Shown here: positions 1-13,189 of the stretch, in pieces | How the letters are laid out: every line of letters begins with the position of its first letter | Position numbering within the stretch: position 1 is the first letter of the stretch | NCBI GenBank assembly: GCA_002633005.1 | Contig: NMRA01000303.1 | Span: 248,706 to 312,705 of the forward strand | Direction: 5' to 3' | DNA from: Phoronis australis | Lineage: Eukaryota > Animalia > Phoronida | Length of the DNA stretch: 64,000 nucleotides | The notes under the pieces: model-generated | Database searches by the model: none | Seen by the model: the letters and a program-made list of their open reading frames with translations, nothing else | What the model was told of the DNA's origin: nothing | Position numbers and translations under genes: made by a program

Positions 1-509
1 TGTAAACCCAGTTTAACAAGATTAATGCCTCGCGTTCGAATTAAAGTGCGTAAGAGTAAATTTCACATTAACCGAATTAACGACGGATATTTTGCCACTG
101 CTGACAACCTGAAATCGGTTAACTAAATTTATTACTGTTCGTGATTGTTTTCCTTGTCACTGCATTGTTCTGAAACAATCACTTGTGCGCTGCTGTCTTT
201 CAAGTAACACATGACAAAGATGCGTGTCATTTGGAGCATGTAAGACGCTACAAGTTTGGACACGGGTTGTACTTTTTCGAGTCATTCGTACTTTAGAGCA
301 TATTTGTCTATAAACAGTACTCATGAATGTTTATGAAAACCGCGAATTATCGCTTCTTGAAGCAAAACACCTGTCAGACTGCATAAGCAGAGAAAAAACT
401 TTGGCGTGCATCAGCAAAAGCACGCTGACGGCGCGTTAGCGACTTATATAAGGCTGGTGATGAAACAGATAATACTTCGTAATTACACCTAAATGCACAA
501 TACCGGAAG

Positions 510-654
510 CAGGGGTGGATCCAGGATTTTGAGTTGGGGGGCAGGGCATTAGCCAAGATTTTGCTCGTCAGATATTCGCACCCCTGAACTGCCAAATGGA
601 ATCTGGGAGAATTTTATGAGGGGCATGGCTCTGTCCCCCCTAAATCCGCCACTG
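510..654 (+). mobile_element. MITE family A (CAG(G/T)GGCGGAT termini, 5-bp TSD), copy 1
   Basis: Starts CAGGGGTGGATCC, ends AAATCCGCCACTG; flanks GGAAG/GGATG (4/5 match). Related copies at 3527, 24572, 25981, 50424. Confidence 0.75.
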
Positions 655-1659
655 GGATGACAGTTGCTCGGATCCCCAAGCAGTTTTTGAAGTGCTCACA
701 CTCGGTCGCTATAACTTTCGAGGTGCCCCAGTGGCGAAGAGAATACACTACAAAAATATTTTACTGTCGCCAAAATTTTCCAGTGCTCGGTGCGCCCCCC
801 CCCCACCCGGTGGGGGATAAGATAGGCCCCCTGCTTTGTCCGGGGCCCCAAGCTGCAGTTTATTTAATCCGGCTCTATCGGTCCACACAACGCAGGAACG
901 TCGATTTGAAAAATCGCAGTATAATGTAAACCTTCTATCTGTGAAGTTATTTCTAGTTTACTGGTTGCTAAGCAATCTGAAAGGAACTCGGAACTCTGCC
1001 AGTGGTCGTCTGGCCATGATCACAGACATCGTTATTTACAATCGATGTACGATGATGAGACGTAAGGAGACGGAGAGACGCTTGGATTACCATCTTTTTG
1101 TCTAAAATATTCGTCACAGCATCGTGTAAGACTTCGGGCCTATATGAGAGCCCGTTGCGTTGAGCGCATCCTTGCACCCCAGAAACAGTAAAAAATTACA
1201 GCTACAATTACAAAATTACAAATTTTCTTTCGCATGTACATAGAGTGTTACATGGGAAGTTAAACTAACCTTTAAGTGCTTTTTGTAAATTTCCACAGCC
1301 GGGAGTATTTTGACTTTTGACATATTTACTGCAAATCGGAAGCTCACATTCTGCGCCATTTTGATGACTGTCTTCTGCAAGACAGTGGTGGTGCCCTAAA
1401 GCGGTAAGTTCGTCTTCTTCTGACACAGAGTCGTGGGATAAACTCCGCTGATGTGTAGTCGGGGCTGAAATTAGCCAGGAAACGTTCAAATTTCCATGAG
1501 AAAAAGCGTCAGTACGGCAGTGCCTTTGCAACAATATGCACGAGGGCGTGTTTATTGACCTATTCTTCATAAAATGATCGATGTTGACCCGTTTTCAATT
1601 TAACATACTATATCTCAAAAACATTTTTAAGTCTGGTCTGCACGTCACCTTTTGGCCAC

Positions 1660-1750
1660 ATCGCGTCTGAAAGGATTTCTGCTCCGACCGGGACTCGAAC
1701 CCACGACCTCTGCTAACTGTGCGTACACTCTAGGCTATCAGGACCACTGG
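1660..1750 (-). mobile_element. tRNA-derived SINE head
   Basis: Minus strand reads TGGTCCTGATAGCCTAGAG...GGTCGTGGGTTCGAGTCCCGG (A-box-like plus clear B-box); no complete cloverleaf. Confidence 0.6.
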
Positions 1751-2332
1751 TCGAACACAGACATCTAGTCGGACTTAGCAGTGGTCATTCCGCCCATAAA
1801 TTCGTGAGTGTACATAAATATGTACGATTTACATACATACATACATATTTATACTAACATACCATAGTTAAAACTATTGCAATGAAGTGTACAGAAACTG
1901 GACAAAAACAAGTCACCCAGTAAGACAAATACACAAATATACATGTACAAGAGGTAACCCAAATTTAGAAAAGTAGGGTAGTCAAGAAGAATGGTATGCA
2001 ACAAGGCTCGAGGCAGCTGCAAGTCCATTCAAATGAAAACAATGCGTTTGGAAGCTGTTCCAGAGGGACTAGTAATTGTAATTACTTTCTATCGTGTTTT
2101 AAGCGTCCAACCCACTTAAAGCTATTTAGATGGCTAAAAACGAAAATGGAATTTGACCTTTTACTTTCATACAATCGGTCTCATAATTCTCCTTACCGTG
2201 ATAGGTTTCTGTGACTGTTACCAAAAAGGAACATAGAAACCACCGTTGACTCTAGAAAACGCTCGGGAATTTATGGTGGTTGGCCAACCCTAAACTGCGA
2301 ATTCAAAATGACACATGTTCTTATGTTCTTAT

Positions 2333-2399
2333 TGCCGGTTACTTGAGATGCCGGTTACTTGAGATGCCGGTGACTTGAGATGCCGGTGGCTTGAGATGC
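2333..2399. repeat. 16-bp tandem repeat x4 (TGCCGGTTACTTGAGA)
   Basis: Four head-to-tail units read directly. Confidence 0.9.
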
Positions 2400-2835
2400 A
2401 GTTCATACGGCAACAATTTAATATGAGATGAGCGTGCTGCTGTTTTAAACAACAGAGTGCTTCTGTCAAGAGCTCCGCAATAGCAGCTAAACAGTGGCGA
2501 AATGTCCATTTAATCTAGAATAACTAAACCACAATTGCTCTGTTGACTTTATTTATGTCATTTTCTCTCTGTCCATTTGTGCACAGGTGCTATCGTCTTC
2601 GTGTACCGTTTTACAAAACGGAGTGACTACGAACGACAAAAAACCCATCAGAATTTGCAATGCAAAACATCTCCAAGGGTAATTTCATTTAATTAAAAAC
2701 AGATTAGATGATTACCATGTACTTTTCATGTTCTCAGGTATGACGAAGCAACTTCACGTCGTTAACGCTTTACAATGTTTATGTTTGAAAAACATGTTGG
2801 GTAGAACGTTTACATTAATAAACGCACAGCAGCGC

Positions 2836-2910
2836 GTTGTTATCAGTAAAAGATTACTGAGTGGGATGTACAAGTTGTTATCAGTAAAAGATTACTGAGT
2901 GGGATGTACA
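2836..2910. repeat. 38-bp direct tandem duplication
   Basis: GTTGTTATCAGTAAAAGATTACTGAGTGGGATGTACA twice. Confidence 0.9.
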
Positions 2911-3526
2911 CAATAATAACTGTACCAGATGTTGGAGAACAAGATCATGAAAAACATTTATTTAAGATTTTATTTACCATGACAACAATGCCGTGCGAAT
3001 GCAAGTAATGGTGGGGCCTTTTGAAGGGAGTTCGGTCCAGTACTTTTAATTTGTAATAGTTTCTTTTTTATTTTGATATCTTGCACTTTGTTTTTTTGCC
3101 TGTAATAAATCTAAGAAACAAAATGTGGGTCACTTAATTAGTTTTGAAGTTACAGTCGCCTAAACAGAGGCACTTCTGGCAAAGATGATGAATCTACATG
3201 GGTTATTGAAAATCCACCAGTAATTAAATTGATGACTGAAATCTTTGAAAACGGATTAATTTCCCAGCGTGATGTCAGTTTTATGTTTGACGGGTTTAAT
3301 TATCCTTCTCGGTTTACTAATTTTCTTAAGTCGACGTATGTAAACGTTTTTTTTTTCTGGATATGAATATCACAAATTTCAGCGTTTTAGCTACTACACA
3401 AAAAGTTACGCCATTAAAATCTTTTCATTTGCGTTTTATTTTTATGTCTCCAGTGTTTTCTACGAAATACGAAAAATAGTGGATCACCGACTCGAATAAC
3501 GTAGTGAAATTTGACATTCTCAAATA

Positions 3527-3688
3527 CAGGAGCGGATCCAGGATTTTGAATTAGGGGAGGGGCAGGGCAGAGTATTAGCCAGCATTTTGCCCGTCAAACA
3601 TTCGCACCCCCGTACTGCCATATGGAATCTAGGAGAATTTTAGGGAGGGCATGGCCCCCTTGGCCCCCACCCTTTAAATCCGCCAATG
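3527..3688 (+). mobile_element. MITE family A, copy 2
   Basis: CAGGAGCGGATCCAGGATTTTG...TAAATCCGCCAATG; flanks AAATA/AAATG. Confidence 0.75.
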
Positions 3689-4546
3689 AAATGCGTGCCA
3701 ATTTCATGATCACCATTGCTCCACTGCATTTCAATACGACTGCGATTATGCTATGTTGTTGAAATTCTGAACTAAGTTCACGTGAATAATCTTCTTTCAA
3801 GTTAAAGCCACATTTCGCCATGTTTAGCTGGCTACCGAAAAAAAACACGAAAATGAAAGCAGGTCGTGATAAGATTCCATTTCCGTTACCAACTCTAGTC
3901 AAAGGCGATGCGTACATTTGCTATTTTCGATTTCGCTACTTTAGAGTGGGCCAACCTCAACAAACTCTGCATTTTCTTGAGTCATGGATAGTTTCCATGT
4001 TCTTGTTGGTATCGGAAATAGAATCGTCCCCAGCTGTTTTATCGGAATAAATGGTTCAGATCATGAATACCGTATACATGCAAAGATAGTTTCCGACACT
4101 TGTATAAAATTACGGACTAGTAACAGTCCTGCGCCAACGATTGGATAACAACCGGGGCCGACTATGGCGCATGAGTCTAGGCTAAGCGTGTTTTACTGGG
4201 TTTAATTAACTCTGGTAAACAAACAGTGTAAACAGAACAACGAATATTCAACATCACATTATTGAATAAACTTGCTATACAGTTAGAATATCCTGACAGT
4301 TAAACTTGCGAAAATATGGAAAATATATTTAGACGCGACTTAATTCGTTACAGCCGCCGAGCGGCTGACGAATACCATTTGGTGGCGAAATAACTTCAGG
4401 TAGAAAACTTGCCATGGTGCCAAAGTGGTATAATATCAGTATTAATCAGTTTAAAGTAAAAGGAATAATTCCCACATAGCCAGAAACATTCGTATACGCT
4501 GCACTGCGGAGCCGGACCGCCTGGCCTGCCGTGCGCCGGCGTACAT

Positions 4547-4702
4547 CTGGCGTGCGTTCAGTAGACGCTAGGACCTACGCTAGGACCTAGCTAAAACCAA
4601 GTCAAAGTCACGTGTTCTCATTTAAAATACACGGCAATATCTCGCGTAATCTCGCGAAGTCTTGCTTTTTAGCGAGGTCCTAGCGTTACTGAACGGGAGG
4701 CT
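4547..4702 (+). mobile_element. MITE family C (GTTCAGTAACGCTAGGACCT inverted ends)
   Basis: GTTCAGTAGACGCTAGGACCT ... AGGTCCTAGCGTTACTGAAC inverted repeat; related copies at 32943, 40006, 43568. Confidence 0.7.
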
Positions 4703-5155
4703 GTGCTCCGCAGGGCAAGATGAAAACATTAATTAGCCACCCGGCCCTGAATGAGTGAAATTCCTGTGACAAAGACATTAAAAAATACTGCGTCATGCTT
4801 CTAACACTGCAATATATCTACATCCCCGACATTCAGCTCTTTGACTAAAATTCACTAGGCCTACACTCTCCCCGCTCCGGCTTGCGGCGAGGAATTTTTA
4901 TGTTTAGACAACAGAGGTATATATTGTAAGTTTATTTTTGTGAGGTTTGAAAATATATTTTCCCTGATAATTGAAAATCAAAGCCACTTTAGCAAATGAT
5001 TATCAGTTCCCACCGAAGAGTCACGGCGACTGCAGGCCGGCCGAATTACTTCACCGGTTACTGTGTCCTGGCAGCAAAATCAACCACAGATGTGGAGCTC
5101 ACTGTTTTGAGATAAAACTTTTTTTTGTTTGTCGAAACATCGCCGTATGTGGGTG

Positions 5156-5952
5156 TTTTTTTTTCTTTTTTTACATTTTTGAACGGCAAGTAAAGCCGGT
5201 GCCGATTTGCTGCCAATTACGCCGAACTGCGCTCACACATCCGGGTAGTCACCATGACATGACAATTGCTCACTTCAGGCTGGTACTTTGCATCAATTTC
5301 AAGATATAGTGATAAAGATAAGACATTTGTTGATCAAGAAACTTTTTTCTTCTAATTTATTACCTAAACGGATACTGTTGCTAATTTGACGTACCCTCGC
5401 GATGAGTCAGGGCTGACCAGTAGCCTAGAGTTGGCTACGCCGGAGACTTTGCGACGGTACTTCAAACTTATGATGATGCATTTAATACCATTCGTCATAT
5501 GCAAAGAACAGGTAAAATTAGGATAATAATCAAGTTTATATAAAAATAACTAAANTTTTTTCTTTTCTTACATTTTTGAACGGCAAGTAAAGCCGGTGCC
5601 GATTTGCTGCCAATTACGCCGAACTGCGCTCACACGTCAGGGTAGTCACCATGACATGACAATTGTTCACTTCAGGCTGGTACTTTGCATCAATTTCAAG
5701 ATATAGTGATAAAGATAAGACATTTGTTGATCAAGAAACTTTTTTCTTCTAATTTATTACCTAAACGGATACTGTTGCTAATTTGACGTACCCTCGCGAT
5801 GAGTCAGGGCTGACCAGTAGCCTAGAGTTGGCTACGCCGGAGACTTTGCGACGGTACTTCAAACTTATGATGATGCATTTAATACCATTCGTCATATGCA
5901 AAGAACAGGTAAAATTAGGATAATAATCAAGTTTATATAAAAATAACTAAAA
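5156..5952. repeat. ~400-bp near-identical tandem duplication across a single N (likely haplotype-overlap assembly artefact)
   Basis: 5156-5554 repeated at 5556-5952 with about four substitutions; junction is the N at 5555. Confidence 0.8.
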
Positions 5953-7128
5953 TTGGGACCATAAACAACTCAAAAAGTAACAATGCATTTAGGCTCACGG
6001 TGATGTCAATACGTCTTCAAGGACAACGTGCCTGGCATTAAGGAAATTGTCGTTCCTGAACTGACACACAGGAACTCAGGTCACGGAAATAGACGGGAAT
6101 AGTCGATGATTTCCGATCTCGGCCGAGGAACAAAATTGTGCTAAAAAGGCTTTTAGTTTGATAACAGAAAGGATGTGAACATTGTGCCATGTTACATATT
6201 ACTTAATTTGGTATATTCTTAAGTTTTTGAACTAGAATGCCCTTTGAGAAATAGGACTTTAAGCAGTTGGTCTCAAGGTCTCTCAACTTGTTCCTTAGTC
6301 AAGCTGGTGACGATAAGGGCTTTGAAAGCACAGACAGTTGACTATGACTGTTGAGACAAGTAGGCTTGTCATCACGTGTCATTTTATGCGCTGAACTAGG
6401 CATCAAGGAATAATGAAATGCTACTTCTCGGGTTTACAATCGCTTTAAAGCAGAGCTTGGTTCAATTTCCTTGCATGGATCGTTCTTGCGATGCCCATGC
6501 GTCTATTTGGATGCAGGGGTGCATTCCCCAGAGCAAGTTTATTGGGAGAAAACCGAGATCCCACAAGACTATGCAAACTCACGCAAATGAAAGACGAGTT
6601 TTTCACGAAAACGCTTGAGACATCGTTTTTTGCTTGCGTATTCTAGCCAAAATGTGCCGCCACTGAGATGATTGGTTGGTGACGCAGGAATTCCAGAAGC
6701 GACGATTTCTCGCCGACAGTGTCTATTGACTGCGTCAAGGAATGAGCTCCAGGCCGTTGTTTTTTTTGTTGACGCCATCTACATGTTTAGTGAATGTCGA
6801 GCTTCTCATAGATAGTTGAAATAAATGTAAATTTCAAACGTAAAGAACAAGAGAAAACACCTTTTGATTTATTCTGCGTCCATGAGAAGTCCATGGGCGT
6901 GTCTCTCCTTTGCAGTGGTTTAGGCTTGGGTCTGTCGACTCTCTTAGTCAGATAAGCCTTAGTGTCGGGTACCGAGTTGGACTTCTGTCGCATTGGAGGC
7001 AGTGTGTCACGGCCTAAAATAGAAATGAGACGTTCGCATTAGAAGCAATCGGCATGCAGGAGCCATTGTCCTCCTGAAACCAGTGAACGTCTCTGTCGTA
7101 TTTGAACGGAGCATCTGGGCAATCATTT

Positions 7129-8646
7129 AACAAGAGCAACGCAGAGCGTTGAAATGTGCCCACAATTGCACCGCATACGGTATCCTTCTAGGGTTGTTTA
7201 TTGGTACCATAAAGTGGCCAGTAGAGGGCATATATGTAGTATGTTGTACTTTGCAAAATGGAAAGGCATGGTCATTGTCTCCTCAATAGGCTAGAGGCAA
7301 AATATGCGTGATCTTCATAATACAAGCACATCCTATACACCAGTTGCTTAAAGCACCACAGAAACATAGAATTAAAAACAAATTTACCAACATACGAGAT
7401 TATCACAGCATTAGAATGCCAGAAACAAATTTCTACTTGGAACTTTTCCTTCATAGTCACGAAGTAGCACAAAGTATACACCAGAAGACCTATGAAAATA
7501 CAGAGGTCAATGTAAAATACTAAAATTGCCACTAGAGGCCTTTACCGGTAGTCAGAATCATCCTAAAGTCGTCATCGTCCGTTGTCAACATCACATAAAT
7601 ACACTTGCTAAATTTAGTAAAGATCCTGCAAACGGTTTGGGAGATACAGCCATGGGCGCAAAAAAAACTGCCACTAGGAGGCGCCACAGTAATCAAAGTC
7701 ATGGGAAATTCAGCGTCAACCGTCCTCTTCATAGTAAGAACATACATGCCAATTTTCACAATCATACTTATAGCGCTTTGGTTGATAGAGGGGTGGACGC
7801 CAAAAAACAGACTCAAAAAAAATAAAAATAGCCACTGGGTGTCGCAAACTAGGTTGAATCCATCCGAAAACGGGAGGATAGCGTCATCGCACTAATAGGT
7901 GCCTACATACCAAATTTCATGAAAATCCGTTAAGGACTTGTGAAGATACAGAGGTAAACGTAAAAAAATAAAATTGCCACTAGGGGGCACACTGGTAGGC
8001 AGATCCGTCCAAAAGTAGTCATCGTCTGTTGTTAACATAATATAAATACACTTATTAAATTTTGTAAAGATCCTGAGAACGGTTTAGGAGATACAGCCAT
8101 AGGCGCAAAAAACAAAACAAAACTGCCACTAGGAGGCGCCACAGTAGTCGAAATCGTCGGAAAATCGTCAACCGTCTTCTACATAGTAAGCATATACATG
8201 CCAATTTTCACAATCATCCTTTGAGCGGTTTGGTTGATAGAGGGGAGGACGCACAAAAACAGTCTCGAAAACAGTAAAAATGGCCACTAGGTGGCGCAAA
8301 CTATGTCGAATCCATCTGAAAATGGCAGGATAGCGTCATCTCACTAATAGGTGCCTACAAACCAAATTTCATGAAAATCCGTTCAGGACTTTTGAAGATA
8401 CAAAGGTAAGCGTAAAAAACTAAAATTGCCACTAGGGGGCACACCGGTAGTCGGTCCGTCCGAAAGTTCGCACATGCCGTCCCATTCATAAATGGAACAC
8501 ATGTGCCAAATTTCATGAACGTATGTCAAAGGGTTTTGGAGATAAAGCAGCGGATGCCGGACGCCGGACGGACGCCGCCCGGACGGACGGACGGACGGAG
8601 ATGACGGCATAATGCGTCCACATATAAAAATGTGGGCGCATAAAAA
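7129..8646 (-). mobile_element. Non-autonomous Helentron-associated element (DINE-1/HINE architecture) with internal satellite
   Basis: Minus strand: T-run, subTIR ATGCGCCCACA with adjacent inverted copy (hairpin ~8612-8641), (GTCC)n microsatellite, ~150/450-bp tandem array, opposite subTIR TGTGGGCACAT, short palindrome CAACGC-TCT-GCGTTG, then CTCTTGTT. Confidence 0.8.
7500..8460. repeat. Higher-order satellite: ~150-bp monomers in ~450-bp trimers
   Basis: CCACT(A/G)G anchors at 7529, 7671, 7832, 7977, 8126, 8284, 8429; every third monomer is most alike (period 448-455). Confidence 0.85.
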
Positions 8647-9579
8647 CGGGTCTTCCCGGTGGCATTCAAATACACTTACACGCCACCACTCAGGCGGATG
8701 TTCTATTTCTATAAAACAGGGTTGAGTTCCTTAGACGCAGGAATCACGCGATAGAACCTAGTGTGATCACGTACTTCGCTTATGTGACATGGCGAAAATT
8801 TGGTTCATCTGTCAAGGCGGCAACTACTGGCGGTCACCTATGTCGGTTATCTCTTCACGCATCGCATCAGAAAACACCTCATGCCACAGAAAGTTTGGCT
8901 AAACATTTCCGCTAGACGCGCGTAAGCAGAAAAAGCAAAACATGTAGGACAAAAACCTTTATAACATTGGGGAATGGTAAGTTAGAGATATAGCTCTTAA
9001 AATATTTGCCAGGAAATACACTTCGTGTTACTACTGAGAATAAATTAAAAGTGTGAGAATTTTGACAACTTATTTGAAATGTCTTGAACGTGACGAGGAG
9101 TGCAATTTGGGGGTCTTAAATTGTAAACAAAGTTTGGAGTTCTTTTGCAATAACATTGGATGTTTGCTATGAATGTATTCTGCGAAGTGTCAGAGAAAAA
9201 GAGATTCCTGAAACATTCGCCAGTAAATCCATTTCGTGCAGCTTGCATGTGAGATGTTGTTTTTACATGTTACGTCACGAAGGACTGTGACCAGCGAGTT
9301 GTATCAAATTTGAGTTATTGTACGACTTCCTTTAAGAGGCAGGTATCAAAATATCCTTGTTCGTACACTGGAACAAAGTTAGAGTTTCAAAAGTCTTGGT
9401 GTGTCGCCGGGATTCTATTATAGCAGCAGTGTGTTCCTTTTGTGAATTCAGATTTTTTTCAGGAAAATTGATATACAGCGTAATCCTACGACGCAGGTCT
9501 ATTTCCACAAAAAAATAGGATAGAGTTTGCACATGACGTAATATTTATAATAAATGCAGGGATGAAAGCGACTGTGATT

Positions 9580-9770
9580 CCACCAACGCACTTTAAGAAA
9601 CTGGAATTAGCAAACTGGCAGCCTACTCCAAAGAACTAGGAGACCACCTAATGCCGGTGATTTCGTGTCCCCATGAGTCATAATCAGGTGACTGGTGTAA
9701 TGGGCCCGGACTTGTGGCCTAAACACGCCTGATGTGCCGCAAAAGGCATTAGGTCACCTGCACCTTTTTT
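9580..9770 (+). mobile_element. Probable SINE body/tail fragment
   Basis: GCACTTTAAGAAAC...CTACTCCAAAGAACTAGG resembles the central GCACGTTAAAGAACC...AAGAGTAGG motif I recall from invertebrate SINEs; ACCTAATGCC/GGCATTAGGT stem and T-run at the end. Confidence 0.4.
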
Positions 9771-9969
9771 AATGCCAATGTCTTGGCACTCACAGAATGA
9801 GTGCATCACACTTTGTTTCTCTAGTCTACAAGGTTGGCGAATCTCTCGACTGTGTCAGGTATTCTTTCTATTCAAGGAGAAAATTACCAAGTGAAAATTT
9901 ACCACCTACCAAGCAAGTGTATTGCTAATGTATTTTGCCGTCATCTATTCACACCAATATCTTGACTCA

Positions 9970-11050
9970 ATCCATAAAGTTATGCTCTTTGCTAATCACT
10001 GGTTATGAAATCCTATCAGGCTGTCTCAGCCTACGACAGAAGTTGGTTATTAGCTCAGTTGTGCATGGAAACCAAAAAGGATTTATTAAAGGGAGACACA
10101 TAGGTGAGAACACGAGAAACATTTATGACTTGACACAGAGGAAATTAATATTCCCAGATCTTCTTGTACTAGTTGACTTCGAGAAAGCATTTGACTTCGT
10201 GGAATTTGTTGCGCAAGCCACTTAATATTTTAACTGTAGTTAAACTTTTGTTGACTGGGTTTGTCTTCTACATAAAGACTATCGTCTCTCTATTATTCAA
10301 CAGGATTTCACTTCAGAATACTTTGAAATTGGGCATGATTGCTGACAGGATGATCGATTCCAATCTTGCCATATCTCTTTATATTATGTGTAGATATTAT
10401 GGCATCAATGGTGCGTCAGAATAAGGAAATCGTTGGTATTGGGACTGTTGGGAACAGATCTCATAGAACTACGCAATATGCGGACAGCGCAGTCTTAACT
10501 CTTGGTGGTTCCAGTGCCGCTTTATTTGACACAATCCCTTAGTCTCTTAGACCGGTTCTTTAAGTTTTCTAGTTTAATACCCAATAAGGAAAAACGGAGT
10601 GTAGTTGGAAAGGGGCCATGAAATAGAGCGACATTAAACTATAGCCGGAGAAAAATTTGACTTGGAAGAAAAAAAAACACTTTACTTCACGCGGTGCTAA
10701 ATTTAGGATTGAGCTGCATGAAACGATTACCTTAAATTATGAATACAAAATGAAAGAAATTTAAGACAGTCCCAGTTCGTGGTCCAGAAGAACTTTAACT
10801 TCACTGGGCAAAACGATAGTAATGAAGTCATTTATTCTTTTTAAATTTGTTCACCTATTTGGTGCATTACCGTGCCCACCACGCGAGATGATTAGAAAGT
10901 TAGAAAAAATATGCTTTACAATTTTGTGCGGGGTGGCAAAATAGAATGGATTGGTAGAAAAATGTTCATTCAAAGCTTTTTTTTCGGAGTTTTCAAGATG
11001 ATATCATTTGTTCATTTACAAAATCACTATAAAATGTCTTGGTTTCGCAA
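9970..11050 (+). pseudogene. Degraded L1/Tx1-clade LINE reverse transcriptase
   Basis: NQKGFIKGRHIGENTRNIYD, LVDFEKAFDFVE, QYADS, later WSRRTLTSLGKTIVMKS; many stops and frameshifts. Confidence 0.85.
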
Positions 11051-11569
11051 GATAAGCCTATCTAGTCATGACATGTTTGAATATTTTGTCTCAAAATGGT
11101 TACTTCATATTCCATCTTAAGAATTTGGGTTTTAGCGATGTCTTTCAGGAGATCTGATCTAAGAAAATGTCTATAACTTGTTTTGAAAGAAATATTTTTG
11201 TAATTGTAGTGATTTTTCACATACAAATGAAGAAGATGGTTATTTAACAAATTAACATACACACACACGCACACACAAACACGCACATTTCGAGACTTAT
11301 TGAAGTAACATAAGCCAATGAGGGAAGAGACAAGTTATATTCTCTTCTCCTTTTTACAAAACGTGCAAAGATCTGACTATATGACACCAATTGGTCTGTG
11401 TCTACACTGTTCAACGAACGGACCCACTGAAATAGACAGTGACCAAATTTAAATTGAAAAAAGCTAAGACGTTGTAAATGAAATTACAGAATCGAAAGCT
11501 TTTTCAGAGTCTACCCACACCAGCTGAGCTGGGATGTTATGCCTGTTCCTGTAATGTGTGAGATCAAAC

Positions 11570-13130
11570 ATAGCCATGGTAGTATGTTGTAACATATATT
11601 GAGCAAGAAAGTAAGTCTCCAGCTCCAGTGTTTCAGATATTCTCTTGGTCTATTATCTTTAGGAGCGACAGCAATAACACCTTGGCTTTGGTTGGCCTGT
11701 AGGGTCCCGAGTTGAAAGCTAAAATTAGGCGTTCTAATGAGAAAGGCTGACTGATCATCCCAAAAATAAAGAATTCCACTGAGAATTCATCAGGTCCGAG
11801 GGTTTTGTTATTTTTTCATAGTTTAAGGACACATTCCACTACAAAAATTGCATTGCGACCTTCCACACTTGTGGTGTCTGTTAATTTAGTTACATGTTCT
11901 TGCTTTTTATGAAGGACCTTAATGTAAACACTATTCAAAGAGTTGTCTGAGAATTTATACAGATTTTCATAAAAGTTCCTTATCTCTGTTAAAAGCACAG
12001 ATTGGTCAGTTACGACTTGATTATCGGAGTTAACTAATTTTGTCGCATTTTTGATGATGTAATTTCATTTTTTTTCAAGTTGAAAAAGTCTTTGATAGGC
12101 TATTCGCCTTGTTATACACATTTAGCTCTTAATCTAATGAAATGTCCTGTATCGACATGCGTCTAGTTCTCAGTTTGCTTCGTCAATGTGTATAAGGAAT
12201 CAAGTTTATTTAATTGGAATATACATTCAATTTTCTTCTCAAAGGGTTGTATTCTTTCTTTGATTGTTTACTTCCTTCTTTTGAAAAAATCTATTGATAT
12301 TATCTAATATTCTTCAGGAGAAATTCCAATAACAAACTGAATATCCTCCGGCTTTAATAGGACTGATATTTTCTCGGTTATAAGGAGAGTCAGGATATTT
12401 TGAGATGACCTCGAGTGTTAGACGTTTAAGTAGAGTGGTGAATTCTGTGTCTTGCAAATATGAATTGTTAAAGCGCCAGATATCCCTCCCTCTGAACAAG
12501 TCTGTCATTCATAATCCCATTGACACACTTTTAAGTAACCTGGGCCCGGGCTCTAATCTTTTCACTCGAAATGGAACTCGAAATTATTTTTGGCATTTTC
12601 TACTCTACTTTTGTGCGAATTCAAGATAAGTGAATATTATTCTATGCTCGAGTACACAATTACTTACGTGTATAATGTTTTAGTCCTAGTTTGCACTTCA
12701 TAAACCCAACATTAAGGTGAAAAATTCGAGTTTGAACTCGAAATTTCGAGTTTTTACTCGTCGGGTTTGTAACACGAATATAAGGGTCATCAAGTGTAAA
12801 CTTGGACTAGAAACTCACGTGCGTAAATTATAATGTATTCGAGCATAGTGTAATAACCACTCATCTTGAGTTCACACAAAAGTAGCAGAGAAATTGCCGA
12901 AAATAATTTCGAGTCCGTTTCGAATACAAAGATTAGATTCCGGGCCCAGTTCTGTGCCCATTTTATGCGAGAAAATTGTAAATGATTGACCAGCTCCTCA
13001 GAAATGAGGAAAAAAGTCCAACCTTGTCTTCTTAACCGGATGAGACCGTTTCTATAAGCATTTTGTTGTTTGGGGATGAGAAATTCTCCAGGGATCCACC
13101 AGTTTAAACCACCATCTAACTGACATTTCG
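11570..13130 (-). pseudogene. Degraded L1/Tx1-clade LINE ORF2 (endonuclease C-terminus to RT start), interrupted by a MITE
   Basis: Minus-strand fragments LVDPWRISHP...RLDFFLISEE, GRDIWRFNNSYLQD, EIRNFYENLY, NNKTLGPDEF, LKHWSWRLTFLLNICY. Confidence 0.8.
12543..12946. mobile_element. Foldback MITE, PIF/Harbinger-like
   Basis: GGCCCGG...CCGGGCC termini, long imperfect inverted arms, CTG/CAG flanks; inserted in the LINE relic. Confidence 0.75.
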
Positions 13131-13189
13131 GTGGTTTTGTGCCACATCACAGTAGCAATCCAAGACGAAGTTTTGAACTGAATTCCACT

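Noticed and set aside
4340-4400. Hammerhead-ribozyme-like CTGACGA...CGAAA with flanking stems
   Set aside because: Stem II closing pair and the NUH cleavage triplet are out of register; not called without a covariance-model search.
5156-5952. Recent tandem segmental duplication
   Set aside because: Junction is a single N and differences are allele-level: probably a contig overlap.
9640-9770. Structured ncRNA or ribozyme suggested by nested stems and a T-run
   Set aside because: Better explained as a SINE tail; no intact ribozyme core.
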